NCBI GenBank assembly: GCA_964356495.1 | Contig: CAYHHR010000002.1 | Span: 1 to 56,699 of the forward strand | Source: an uncultured Gammaproteobacteria bacterium | Lineage (GTDB): Bacteria > Patescibacteriota > Patescibacteriia > Magasanikbacterales > GWA2-37-8 | Direction: 5' to 3' | DNA length: 56,699 bases | Shown here: in pieces, positions 1 to 9,083 of the stretch | Position numbering within the stretch: the stretch's first letter is position 1 | Layout: every line of letters starts with the position of its first letter | Position numbers and translations under genes: made by a program | Notes under the pieces: generated by a model | What the model saw: the letters and a program-made list of their open reading frames with translations, nothing else | What the model was told of the DNA's origin: nothing | Databases searched by the model: none

Positions 1-1
1 G

Positions 2-1351
2 ATGATTGAAAATATTTTGCAGTTTGAAAAAGATTATCCCGGCGCTAAAATTTTTAAACTTGAAACAAATTATCGCTCCAGCCGGGAAATTTTGGAAGTG
101 GCAAACAGTATCATCGAAAATAATCGTGAGCAGTACAAAAAAAGTTTGAAGACGGTCTTGGAAGGTGAGAAGCCCGATCTGTTTCCACAGTTAGACCAGC
201 AGTCCGAGGGACAATTCGTGGCGGAAAAAATCGCGGGGCTGCTCAAGGCCGGCACTTCGCCCTCAGAAATCTCGGTGCTATTCCGGGCCGCTCATCATTC
301 GCAGATGCTTGAAGTTGAGCTTGTCCAACGCGGGATCGAGTATGATTATCGCGGCGGCGTGCGATTTTTCGAGCGCAGCCACATCAAGGATGTGCTGGCA
401 TTTTTGCGTGTTCTAAATAACGTCGCCGATTCGGCCGCCTGGCTGCGCCTCCTCATGCACGAGGAGGGGATCGGGCCAGTCGCAGCGCAGAAAATTATCG
501 AGACGCTTCGCGCTCTGCCATCGGCAAATGTAGTTGTTGACGCGGGTCGTTCCGCGCTTTCCGGCAAGGCGTTGCTTGGTTGGGAAAATTTTGCTATTAT
601 CTGGGGTCAGTTGCTCCAGGCGCCGATCACTGTGCCGAACGAACTCATTCAAACAATTCTGAAATCTTCGTACCGCGATTATCTGGAAACGGAGTTTGTC
701 GACAGTAAAGAGAGAATGCAGGATCTGATGCAGCTCGCAATTTTCGCGGAAAAGTTTGACGACCTTTCGGAATTTCTCGCGAGTACGACGTTGCAGGAAA
801 CGTTCGCTCCTCCGACCTACCTCTCTCCGGCTCTCTCCTCTGCGGAGGCAGAGAGGGATGTTGAACCCTCGCCTCCGCAGAGGAGAGGGCAGGGAGAGGT
901 CTCGCTCACCAAACGGCAGGGTGAGGATTCGGGCAAGGTCGTCCTCTCTACCGTCCATCAGGCCAAAGGTCTCGAATGGGAAGCGGTTTTCATCATCAAT
1001 CTCGCCAACGGTTCGTTTCCGAGCGAGCGTTCGGCGCGCGAACCGAGAGGGCTCGAGGAGGAACGTCGTCTTTTGTATGTGGCAATCACGCGCGCGAAAA
1101 GGAAACTGGTTTTGACTTACCCGATGGCAGGGGGGATGTATGGTGATTTTCTTTCCGGCCCGAGCCGTTTCCTCGACGAGATAAATCCGGATTTTATCAA
1201 CGACCATTCGCTGTTATCCTCGGACGTGACGGTGCTGAATGACCCGTCGGAAGGAGTGGAATATGTGAGCGAAGACCCCGCCTCTTCGGCGGACGGGGCG
1301 CCCAAAAAGTTCAGTCCGGGGAGTTTCCTACGGGATATAAATGATTTGTGA
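2..1351 (+). CDS. UvrD/PcrA/Rep-family ATP-dependent DNA helicase, C-terminal part (5' end outside window)
   Basis: Superfamily-1 helicase motifs are present: LETNYRSS (motif IV), VVLSTVHQAKGLEWEAVF (motif V) and RRLLYVAITRAKRKL (motif VI). The ORF runs to the window edge. It contains the in-frame repeat A1. Confidence 0.85.
   Translation: MIENILQFEKDYPGAKIFKLETNYRSSREILEVANSIIENNREQYKKSLKTVLEGEKPDLFPQLDQQSEGQFVAEKIAGLLKAGTSPSEISVLFRAAHHSQMLEVELVQRGIEYDYRGGVRFFERSHIKDVLAFLRVLNNVADSAAWLRLLMHEEGIGPVAAQKIIETLRALPSANVVVDAGRSALSGKALLGWENFAIIWGQLLQAPITVPNELIQTILKSSYRDYLETEFVDSKERMQDLMQLAIFAEKFDDLSEFLASTTLQETFAPPTYLSPALSSAEAERDVEPSPPQRRGQGEVSLTKRQGEDSGKVVLSTVHQAKGLEWEAVFIINLANGSFPSERSAREPRGLEEERRLLYVAITRAKRKLVLTYPMAGGMYGDFLSGPSRFLDEINPDFINDHSLLSSDVTVLNDPSEGVEYVSEDPASSADGAPKKFSPGSFLRDINDL
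814..907 (+). repeat. Family A palindromic element, copy A1, in frame inside the UvrD-like CDS
   Basis: About 94 bp that is near-identical to 7664..7757. Both copies encode the same 19 aa (ERDVEPSPPQRRGQGEVSL). Nested inverted repeats: ctgcggagg/cctccgcag, and ctctctcc../..ggagaggtctcgct. Confidence 0.85.
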
Positions 1352-1356
1352 TTGTC

Positions 1357-1378
1357 ATTCCCGACCAGGATCGGGAAT
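1357..1378 (+). terminator. Hairpin after the helicase stop codon (attcccga-N6-tcgggaat)
   Basis: Perfect 8-bp stem right after the TGA, preceded by the 'ttgtcat' prefix also seen at 5460 and 25419. There is no T-tract, so terminator function is uncertain. Confidence 0.35.
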
Positions 1379-1395
1379 CCACGATTGGTTATCAC

Positions 1396-1424
1396 TTGAC
1401 ATATATCTAAAATATAGCTATAAT
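1396..1424 (+). promoter_or_regulatory. Sigma70-like promoter for the TA pair
   Basis: TTGACA, 17-nt spacer, TATAAT, ending 35 nt upstream of the ATG at 1460. Confidence 0.5.
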
Positions 1425-1459
1425 ATATACATACTAAATTACTCTTAATTATTTACAAT

Positions 1460-1735
1460 ATGGTCACACAAGTAATTTTCAAAATTGATAAAAAACTTAA
1501 GGACAAAGCAATGGCCAAAGCGCAGGATGAAGGGATTGCGTTTTCATCGGTTCTTAAATTTGCCACCAAGGCCTTTGTGGATGGTGATTTTGAGGTTGGA
1601 ATCAAAATGCATAGCGAACTAAATCCGCGAACCAAAAGGATGCTTGCTCGTGAAATTCAAGAAATAAAGGAGGGGAAAAACATGTCTCCAAGTTTCTCCT
1701 CTGTCGCGGAGATGCGAAAATTTCTAGAAGCGTAG
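1460..1735 (+). CDS. RelB/DinJ-like antitoxin
   Basis: The N-terminus (FKIDKKLKDKAMAKAQDEGIAFSSVLKFATKAFV) matches the DinJ/RelB ribbon-helix-helix pattern. The gene lies 3 nt upstream of a RelE/YafQ-like toxin gene. Confidence 0.6.
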   Translation: MVTQVIFKIDKKLKDKAMAKAQDEGIAFSSVLKFATKAFVDGDFEVGIKMHSELNPRTKRMLAREIQEIKEGKNMSPSFSSVAEMRKFLEA

Positions 1736-1738
1736 TTT

Positions 1739-1993
1739 GTGGAGGTGAAATTAAAAAAAAATTTCAAGAAAAAGTTCAGAAAACTTTTGCCAAGGGTACA
1801 GGAACAATTTTACGAACGAGTAGACTTGTTCCGACAAAATAAATTTGATAAGATTTTGAACAATCATTCGGTCGATCCGACTTATCCAAATTGTCGAAGT
1901 TTAAATATCGGTGGCGATTATCGGGCGATTTTTGAAGATCAGGGAGAGGTTGTAATATTTATCACGATTGGGACACATTCTGAGTTGTACTGA
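1739..1993 (+). CDS. RelE/YafQ-family mRNA interferase toxin (GTG start)
   Basis: 84 aa, basic N-terminus, and a C-terminal ...GDYRAIF..VVIFITIGTHSELY signature typical of YafQ/RelE toxins. Confidence 0.65.
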   Translation: MEVKLKKNFKKKFRKLLPRVQEQFYERVDLFRQNKFDKILNNHSVDPTYPNCRSLNIGGDYRAIFEDQGEVVIFITIGTHSELY

Positions 1994-1999
1994 CCGATA

Positions 2000-2028
2000 T
2001 TGACAAAAATTTCTACCTTTGGTATTAT
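2000..2028 (+). promoter_or_regulatory. Sigma70-like promoter upstream of rpsL
   Basis: TTGACA, 17-nt spacer, TATTAT. The roughly 175-nt leader contains tandem ggaaatt units (2094..2130). Confidence 0.45.
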
Positions 2029-2204
2029 CATCCCCAGAACGTCAAACAAAAAACTCGTGGCTGAGCATCATCGTTCAGTTTTTTATTTAAAATAAATTGG
2101 AAATTGGAAATTGGGATTTGGAAATTTGAGCAGCCAAACAAAAGGAAAAACGATAAATTAATAAAAACTAAATATAAAAGATTAGAACTATAATCAATGA
2201 ACGT

Positions 2205-2633
2205 ATGCCTACCCTCAATCAGTTAATTCGAAAGCCGCGCAAGGCCAACACCAGGAAGTCCAAAACGCCGGCTCTCCAGTACTCGGTCGATAATTTACAT
2301 CGCCGTGTCACCAAGTTTCCAAAAGGAAGCGGTTTTAAGCGTGGCGTCTGCACCAAGGTGTATACCACTACTCCAAGAAAACCAAACTCAGCTTTGCGCA
2401 AAGTCGCGAAGGTCCGCCTTTCAAACGGCATGGAAGTTATCGCCTATATTCCCGGCGAAGGTCATAATCTCCAGGAGCACTCCATCGTCCTCATTCGCGG
2501 CGGCCGTGTGAAAGATTTGCCTGGTGTCCGCTACCATATCGTACGCGGTATTTATGATACCCAGGGGATTGCCACTCGCCGACGCGGCCGCAGTCTCTAC
2601 GGCAGCAAGCGCCCGAAAGCAGCTAAGAAATAA
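2205..2633 (+). CDS. rpsL: 30S ribosomal protein S12
   Basis: [13 protein letters not shown]... and the conserved [13 protein letters not shown] motif. Confidence 0.97.
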   Translation: MPTLNQLIRKPRKANTRKSKTPALQYSVDNLHRRVTKFPKGSGFKRGVCTKVYTTTPRKPNSALRKVAKVRLSNGMEVIAYIPGEGHNLQEHSIVLIRGGRVKDLPGVRYHIVRGIYDTQGIATRRRGRSLYGSKRPKAAKK

Positions 2634-2640
2634 ATTATGA

Positions 2641-2719
2641 TTACGCGGATGCGCTAGAGCGCCACAGATGTCGCAGATGTATCTGTGGTATCGGCGGGCC
2701 TCAAGGCCATCTGCGATAT
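2641..2719 (+). repeat. Family F intergenic repeat, copy F1 (rpsL-rpsG spacer)
   Basis: About 80 bp built from cgcagatg/atctgcg palindromic units. It aligns along its length with 3216..3297 and 22946..23024. Confidence 0.8.
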
Positions 2720-2736
2720 TACATTAACATATATAT

Positions 2737-3213
2737 ATGAGAGGAAAAAAAGCAAAAGTTCGCGTCATTGCGCCAGACCCAAAGTATGGCAATGCGATGA
2801 TCGGCAAATTTATCAATCACGTCATGCAACGCGGTAAGAAATCCGTCGCTATTGAAATAGTTTACCAGGCTCTCGAATCTATCGCCGCTAGCGCCAAGAA
2901 AGACGCGGTAAAAGTTTTCGAAGAGGCTCTCCGCGCCGTCCAACCCCAGCTTGAAATCCGCACCCGCCGCGTCGGTGGCGCCAACTATCAAATCCCGATG
3001 CCGGTCCGAGGCGAACGCCAGAACGCGTTGGCTTTCCGCTGGATTATCGGAGCCGCCCGCGCGAAGAAAGGACAAAAGATGGCCGAGAAATTAGCTACCG
3101 TTTTGCTTGAAGCCAGTCAGGGACTTGGCGACGCCGTGAAGAAGCGCGATGATGTGCATCGCATGGCAGAAGCCAACAAGGCTTTCGCCCACTTCGCAAG
3201 ATTTAGTAAATAA
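2737..3213 (+). CDS. rpsG: 30S ribosomal protein S7
   Basis: Conserved S7 sequence (..VEIRTRRVGGANYQIP..) in the expected position after rpsL. Confidence 0.97.
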   Translation: MRGKKAKVRVIAPDPKYGNAMIGKFINHVMQRGKKSVAIEIVYQALESIAASAKKDAVKVFEEALRAVQPQLEIRTRRVGGANYQIPMPVRGERQNALAFRWIIGAARAKKGQKMAEKLATVLLEASQGLGDAVKKRDDVHRMAEANKAFAHFARFSK

Positions 3214-3215
3214 GA

Positions 3216-3297
3216 TTATCGCAGATGCGCGCGAGCGCCGCAGATATCGCGGATGTATCAATTGTATCTGCGCGGCCTCAAGGACATCTGCGTGATT
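3216..3297 (+). repeat. Family F intergenic repeat, copy F2 (rpsG-fusA spacer)
   Basis: Aligns with F1 and F3: atcgcagatgcgc..cgccgcagat..gtatctgcg..ggcctcaagg.catctgcg. Confidence 0.8.
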
Positions 3298-3338
3298 AAA
3301 CTTATTTTCATATATAATCTTCAAAAATTAACTAATGT

Positions 3339-5444
<2,106 letters not shown>

Positions 5445-5460
5445 TCACCTCTCTAGAGTT

Positions 5461-5489
5461 GTCATCCTGAGGGTTTCACCCGAAGGATC
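5461..5489 (+). repeat. Hairpin element after fusA ('ttgtcat'-prefixed)
   Basis: gtcatcctgagggtttcacccgaaggatc has an interrupted stem (atcct/aggat, gggt/accc). It shares its prefix with the elements at 1352 and 25419. Confidence 0.3.
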
Positions 5490-5538
5490 TCTGTTTCATA
5501 AACTTACACTTTTTTTCATCTCAGAAGTGTATAAGTAT

Positions 5539-5567
5539 TTGTACTAATTCTAAAATTGAAGTATAAT
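5539..5567 (+). promoter_or_regulatory. Sigma70-like promoter, apparently leaderless for the 5574 ORF
   Basis: TTGTAC, 17-nt spacer, TATAAT. The ATG at 5574 begins 7 nt after the -10 element. Confidence 0.4.
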
Positions 5568-5573
5568 ATACAT

Positions 5574-5789
5574 ATGTCAGAAATTTTGCTAAAATATGCA
5601 ACTTTTTTGTTCCCAACACCTTCAATGTTAGAGGGGGTCGGACGAATTTTTGATTTTACGAATTCGTTAGAAAAGTATAATTCTAGCAAAGATGAAAATG
5701 AAGCGGATTTAAAAGCGACATATTTAGATTGGAAAGCGGTTGGGCAGGATATGAATTACGCCATCCATTTGTATGGGCAGGAGAAATAA
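5574..5789 (+). CDS. Small hypothetical protein (71 aa), partner of the DUF2335 gene
   Basis: The ORF-track start at 5556 falls inside the predicted promoter, so the ATG at 5574 is preferred. The ORF overlaps the downstream ORF. The region is AT-rich. Confidence 0.4.
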   Translation: MSEILLKYATFLFPTPSMLEGVGRIFDFTNSLEKYNSSKDENEADLKATYLDWKAVGQDMNYAIHLYGQEK

Positions 5790-5808
5790 AAAAAGAAAGT
5801 TTAACATC

Positions 5809-6246
5809 ATGTCACAGCTTCAATCTTCAAAACAATTCCTAAGTTCTCCAAAAGTAAACGCCATTGTAGCTCATCAGGAATACTCTGGCCCATTACCACA
5901 AGCTGAGCAATTTGAACATTATGAGGGAGTGCTAGTGGGATCGGCTAACCGGATTTTAACAATGGCAGAAAAACAAGCAGATCATAGAAGAAAAATTGAA
6001 AAAGTGGCAATATATTGCAGTAATGCAAGATCATTATTAGGTTTATTTGGGGGCTTAATAATAGCACTGGTGGGTCTGGTTGGCGGGGCATTTTTGATCT
6101 ACAAAGGGAAAAGTTTGGAAGGTTTAGGCGCATTTGTAGCAGTTTTAGTTAGTTTGTTAGTGGCTTATTTTAAAGGATTAAATCGTCAAGAAAAAGATCT
6201 CGGAATGAAAAGTGGAGCAATGCTCGGGAAGAGTTCAGGGAAGTAA
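5809..6246 (+). CDS. DUF2335-like membrane protein
   Basis: YSGPLPQAEQFEHYEGVLVGSANRILTMAEKQADHRR matches the DUF2335 signature as I remember it. Two C-terminal transmembrane (TM) segments follow. An alternative start lies at 5773. Confidence 0.6.
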   Translation: MSQLQSSKQFLSSPKVNAIVAHQEYSGPLPQAEQFEHYEGVLVGSANRILTMAEKQADHRRKIEKVAIYCSNARSLLGLFGGLIIALVGLVGGAFLIYKGKSLEGLGAFVAVLVSLLVAYFKGLNRQEKDLGMKSGAMLGKSSGK

Positions 6247-6262
6247 ATATTTTTTTAAAGAG

Positions 6263-6289
6263 TACCTAGATGCGAGTTAGGTATTTTTT
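6263..6289 (+). terminator. Rho-independent terminator after the DUF2335 gene
   Basis: tacctaN9taggta stem followed by a T6 run. Confidence 0.45.
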
Positions 6290-6333
6290 ATTTTAACTAT
6301 TGATTTTTTCTCAAAAACTGTTATCTTATACCC

Positions 6334-8577
6334 ATGAAATTCAAACTCCACTCCGACTATCAACCCGCCGGCGATCAGCCGAAAGCAATCGAACAGCTGG
6401 TCGATGGCCTTGAAAAAAATTTGAAACGCCAGACTCTCCTCGGCGTCACCGGTTCCGGAAAAACGTTCACAATCGCGAACGTGATTGAACGTGTCCAAAA
6501 ACCAACGCTCGTCATCGCTCACAACAAAACTCTTGCCGCCCAACTCTGCAATGAGTTTCGGGAATTTTTTCCGAAGAATGCCGTGGAATATTTTGTCAGT
6601 TATTATGATTATTATCAGCCGGAAGCGTACATGCCGAATTCGGATACCTATATCGAAAAGGAAGCGATGATCAACGAGGAAATCGACCGTCTTCGTCATG
6701 CCTGCACACAGGCTCTGCTGACACGCGATGATACGATTATCGTTGCGTCTGTTTCCGCGATTTATGGTCTTGGGTCGCCGTTTGAATATGAAAAAATTGT
6801 TTTGCATTTGCGAAAAGGCCAGGAACTCGATCGCCGCGCGATGCTGGAGCAGTTGATCGCGATGCAATTTGAAAGGACGAACAGCGAACTAAAATGCGGT
6901 TCGTTCCGGATGCGCGGACAAGTTTTCGAGATCATGCCGGTCAACGAGGACGCGATTTATCGTTTTGAAATTTCTGCGAGGATAACGCAGATTGAATTGA
7001 TTGACTCAATCACGCGGATAGTGAAACGCGAGGTAGAGGACGTGTGGTTGTTTCCGGCCAGACATTATGTAGTCGGTGAGGAGGGGAGAAAGCAAGCGTT
7101 TGATCGCATCAATAATGAATTGCAGAATCAGCTGGCGCTTTTCGAAAAGCAGGGCAAAGTTTTGGAATACGAAAGGCTGAAGCGCCGGGTCGCATATGAT
7201 TTGCAAATGATTAAGAACGTCGGTTACTGCAACGGCATTGAAAATTATTCTCGCCACTTCGAAGGCAGGACGGAGGGTGAACCCCCGTTTACGCTGCTCG
7301 ATTATTTTTTGCATAGGACTCAGAGGACGGCAAACCCCACCCAACCTCCCCTTGGAAAGGGGAGGGGGACATTTCTCACCGTCATCGACGAATCACACGT
7401 CACGCTTCCGCAAATTCGCAGTATGTACAACGGTGACAAGGCGCGGAAAGATACTTTGGTGGAGCACGGTTTTCGCTTGCCGAGCGCGCGTGATAATCGC
7501 CCGCTTACTTATACTGAGTTTGATTCCAAAATCGGCCAGGCAGTTTATGTTTCGGCGACGCCGAGCGAGTATGAGATGAAAGTTAGCGAACAAATCGTGG
7601 AGCAAATCGTTCGTCCGACCGGTCTTATCGATCCCGAGGTTATCGTGCGTCCGATTGTTGGGCGAGCGAGACCTCTCTCCGGCTCTCTCCTTTGCGAAGG
7701 AGAGAGGGACGTTGAACCCTCGCCTCCGCAGAGGAGAGGGCAGGGAGAGGTCTCGCTGTCACAAATCGAAGATTTAATCTTGCGCATCGAGGAGCGGGTG
7801 AAAAATAACGAACGCGTACTCGTCACCACTCTCACCAAAAAGATGGCTGAGGATTTGACGGAACATTTGAAAGAGAAAAATCTGAAGGTGGCATACCTCC
7901 ACAGCGATGTTAGTACCCTTGATCGCATTGAGGTTATTATGAATTTGCGCCTCGGTAAAAATGATGTCATCGTCGGGGTGAACCTTCTTCGTGAAGGGCT
8001 CGATATGCCGGAAGTTTCATTGGTGGCGATCCTCGACGCCGACAAGGAAGGATTTTTGCGGAGCGAAACAAGTTTGATTCAGACGATCGGCCGCGCCGCG
8101 CGCAATGTGAACGGGCAAGTTGTTTTGTATGCCGACAATATTACTGGTTCGATGAAAAGAGCGATCGAAGAAACCAATCGTCGCCGCGAAATTCAGATGG
8201 CCTACAACAAAGAGCACGGCATTACTCCGAAGACCATCCAAAAAGCGATCCGAAATATTTTGGAGGAATTTGGAATTTCCGCTGATAAAGCGAAGAATCG
8301 CAGGGCTATCGCTCGGCGCGACCGGCTCGCGACGACTACTGAGCTTGATCTGATTGGCGACGGACGCACGATAAGTGTTATAATAAAAGAAAAGGAGACG
8401 CAGATGAAGCAAGCGGCGCAAGAATTGGATTTCGAATTAGCGGCGATTTTGCGAGATGAGATACGAGAGCTGAGAGCAAGAGAAAAAACGACCGGGGTCA
8501 AAGAATTAAAAAAACAAAAAAATAATTATCATACAGGGGTCGTTATTGGCTCCTCCCCCTCACCAAGGGGGAGTTAG
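6334..8577 (+). CDS. uvrB: Excinuclease ABC subunit B
   Basis: GVTGSGKTF (Walker A), VIDESHVT, LVTTLTKKMAEDLT, LREGLD.PEVSLVAILDADKEGFLRS and a C-terminal UVR motif. At 747 aa it is longer than typical UvrB because of three repeat-derived segments. Confidence 0.95.
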   Translation: MKFKLHSDYQPAGDQPKAIEQLVDGLEKNLKRQTLLGVTGSGKTFTIANVIERVQKPTLVIAHNKTLAAQLCNEFREFFPKNAVEYFVSYYDYYQPEAYMPNSDTYIEKEAMINEEIDRLRHACTQALLTRDDTIIVASVSAIYGLGSPFEYEKIVLHLRKGQELDRRAMLEQLIAMQFERTNSELKCGSFRMRGQVFEIMPVNEDAIYRFEISARITQIELIDSITRIVKREVEDVWLFPARHYVVGEEGRKQAFDRINNELQNQLALFEKQGKVLEYERLKRRVAYDLQMIKNVGYCNGIENYSRHFEGRTEGEPPFTLLDYFLHRTQRTANPTQPPLGKGRGTFLTVIDESHVTLPQIRSMYNGDKARKDTLVEHGFRLPSARDNRPLTYTEFDSKIGQAVYVSATPSEYEMKVSEQIVEQIVRPTGLIDPEVIVRPIVGRARPLSGSLLCEGERDVEPSPPQRRGQGEVSLSQIEDLILRIEERVKNNERVLVTTLTKKMAEDLTEHLKEKNLKVAYLHSDVSTLDRIEVIMNLRLGKNDVIVGVNLLREGLDMPEVSLVAILDADKEGFLRSETSLIQTIGRAARNVNGQVVLYADNITGSMKRAIEETNRRREIQMAYNKEHGITPKTIQKAIRNILEEFGISADKAKNRRAIARRDRLATTTELDLIGDGRTISVIIKEKETQMKQAAQELDFELAAILRDEIRELRAREKTTGVKELKKQKNNYHTGVVIGSSPSPRGS
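7321..7369 (+). repeat. Family B element, copy B1, in frame in uvrB
   Basis: ggcaaaccccacccaacctccccttggaaaggggaggggga encodes ANPTQPPLGKGRG just before the DESH box. It matches 8998..9050 and 45742..45783. Confidence 0.85.
7664..7757 (+). repeat. Family A element, copy A2, in frame in uvrB
   Basis: Near-identical to A1. It inserts about 31 aa between VRPIVG and QIEDL, which are contiguous in canonical UvrB. The terminal arms (agcgagacctctc...) are inverted. Confidence 0.9.
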
Positions 8578-8598
8578 AGGGGGTTTGCCTTCCTCTGC
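8548..8598 (-). repeat. Family B element, copy B2 (reverse orientation)
   Basis: ggctcctccccctcaccaagggggagttagagggggtttgcc is the reverse complement of the B consensus. It supplies the last roughly 10 codons and the stop codon of uvrB. Confidence 0.8.
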
Positions 8599-8630
8599 CC
8601 TGCCGAGAGTTGCCTGTCGTTCAATCGTTT

Positions 8631-9059
8631 ATGTCCAAAACAAACAATCTCACCGTACAAAAAAATCGCCGTCAGGACTTAAGGAGCAACATGTCTGTAC
8701 CGGAAAAAATATTATGGAAATGGATTAAAAATGAACAACTCGGCTATAAATTTCGTCGACAACATGGTATTAAACAGTTTATTGCGGATTTCTATTGTCC
8801 AATGTTGAGTTTAGTTATTGAAATCGACGGTCGGATTCATGGTGAGGAGCCTATTGCGACAAAAGATAAATATCGGGATAATGTTATGGTTGGACTGGGA
8901 CTAATTGTTAAACGTTATACGGCTACAGAAATAAATAATAATTTAGATTGGGTTTTGAGTGATTTGAAGAATTGTTGTAGCGAACTTGCCTCGGCGCCAC
9001 AGAGGAAGGCAAACCCCACCTACCCTCCCCTTGGAAAGGGGAGGGAGCCAATGTCGTGA
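8631..9059 (+). CDS. DUF559 (Vsr/restriction-endonuclease-like) domain protein
   Basis: PEKILWKWIKNEQLGYKFRRQH...ADFYCP..LVIEIDG..H matches the DUF559 pattern. The C-terminal roughly 17 aa are encoded by repeat B3. An alternative TTG start lies at 8610. Confidence 0.7.
   Translation: MSKTNNLTVQKNRRQDLRSNMSVPEKILWKWIKNEQLGYKFRRQHGIKQFIADFYCPMLSLVIEIDGRIHGEEPIATKDKYRDNVMVGLGLIVKRYTATEINNNLDWVLSDLKNCCSELASAPQRKANPTYPPLGKGREPMS
8998..9050 (+). repeat. Family B element, copy B3
   Basis: cagaggaaggcaaaccccacctaccctccccttggaaaggggagggagcc is inverted relative to B2 across the DUF559 gene. Confidence 0.85.
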
Positions 9060-9083
9060 TTAATGTGATTGAATAGTGTAACA

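Noticed and set aside
413-1207. Long antisense ORFs inside well-supported genes. Examples: 413..1207(-) in the helicase, 4308..5387(-) in fusA, 10246..10905(-) in the ABC ATPase, 13358..13897(-) in tuf, 7545..8045(-) in uvrB, 22028..22621(-) in rplF, and 40419..40979(+) in der.
   Set aside because: They are shadow ORFs opposite genes with unambiguous conserved motifs. Their products are low-complexity and Arg/Ser-rich, and I recognise no family.
2094-2130. Tandem ggaaatt heptamers in the rpsL leader, and a similar tttgaaatt pattern at 33481..33515 upstream of parB.
   Set aside because: These are short, degenerate, AT-rich low-complexity tracts. There is too little evidence for a defined repeat family or regulatory site.
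5556-5573. The ORF-track start at 5556 for the small protein. Similar N-terminally extended starts occur at 12951 (tuf), 20460 (rplX), 20734 (rplE), 28229 (recO), 32545 (LAGLIDADG) and 39786 (dprA).
   Set aside because: The extended starts overlap an upstream gene, a tRNA or a promoter element. Internal ATGs restore canonical N-termini and tight gene spacing.
6300-6333. Promoter-like sequences that would make uvrB leaderless (TTGATT-16-TATCTT, ending 6 nt before the ATG). Similar -10-like boxes lie just upstream of the rpsL and recG starts.
   Set aside because: The matches are weaker than the listed promoters and are expected by chance in AT-rich spacers. They are noted as possible but not called.
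7664-7757. The in-frame insertions as inteins, group I/II introns or translational bypass elements.
   Set aside because: At 34-94 bp they are far too short for inteins or self-splicing introns, and they lack intein splice-junction residues. They are stop-free and in frame, so ordinary translation is the simplest reading. RNA-level removal is not excluded and needs transcript data.
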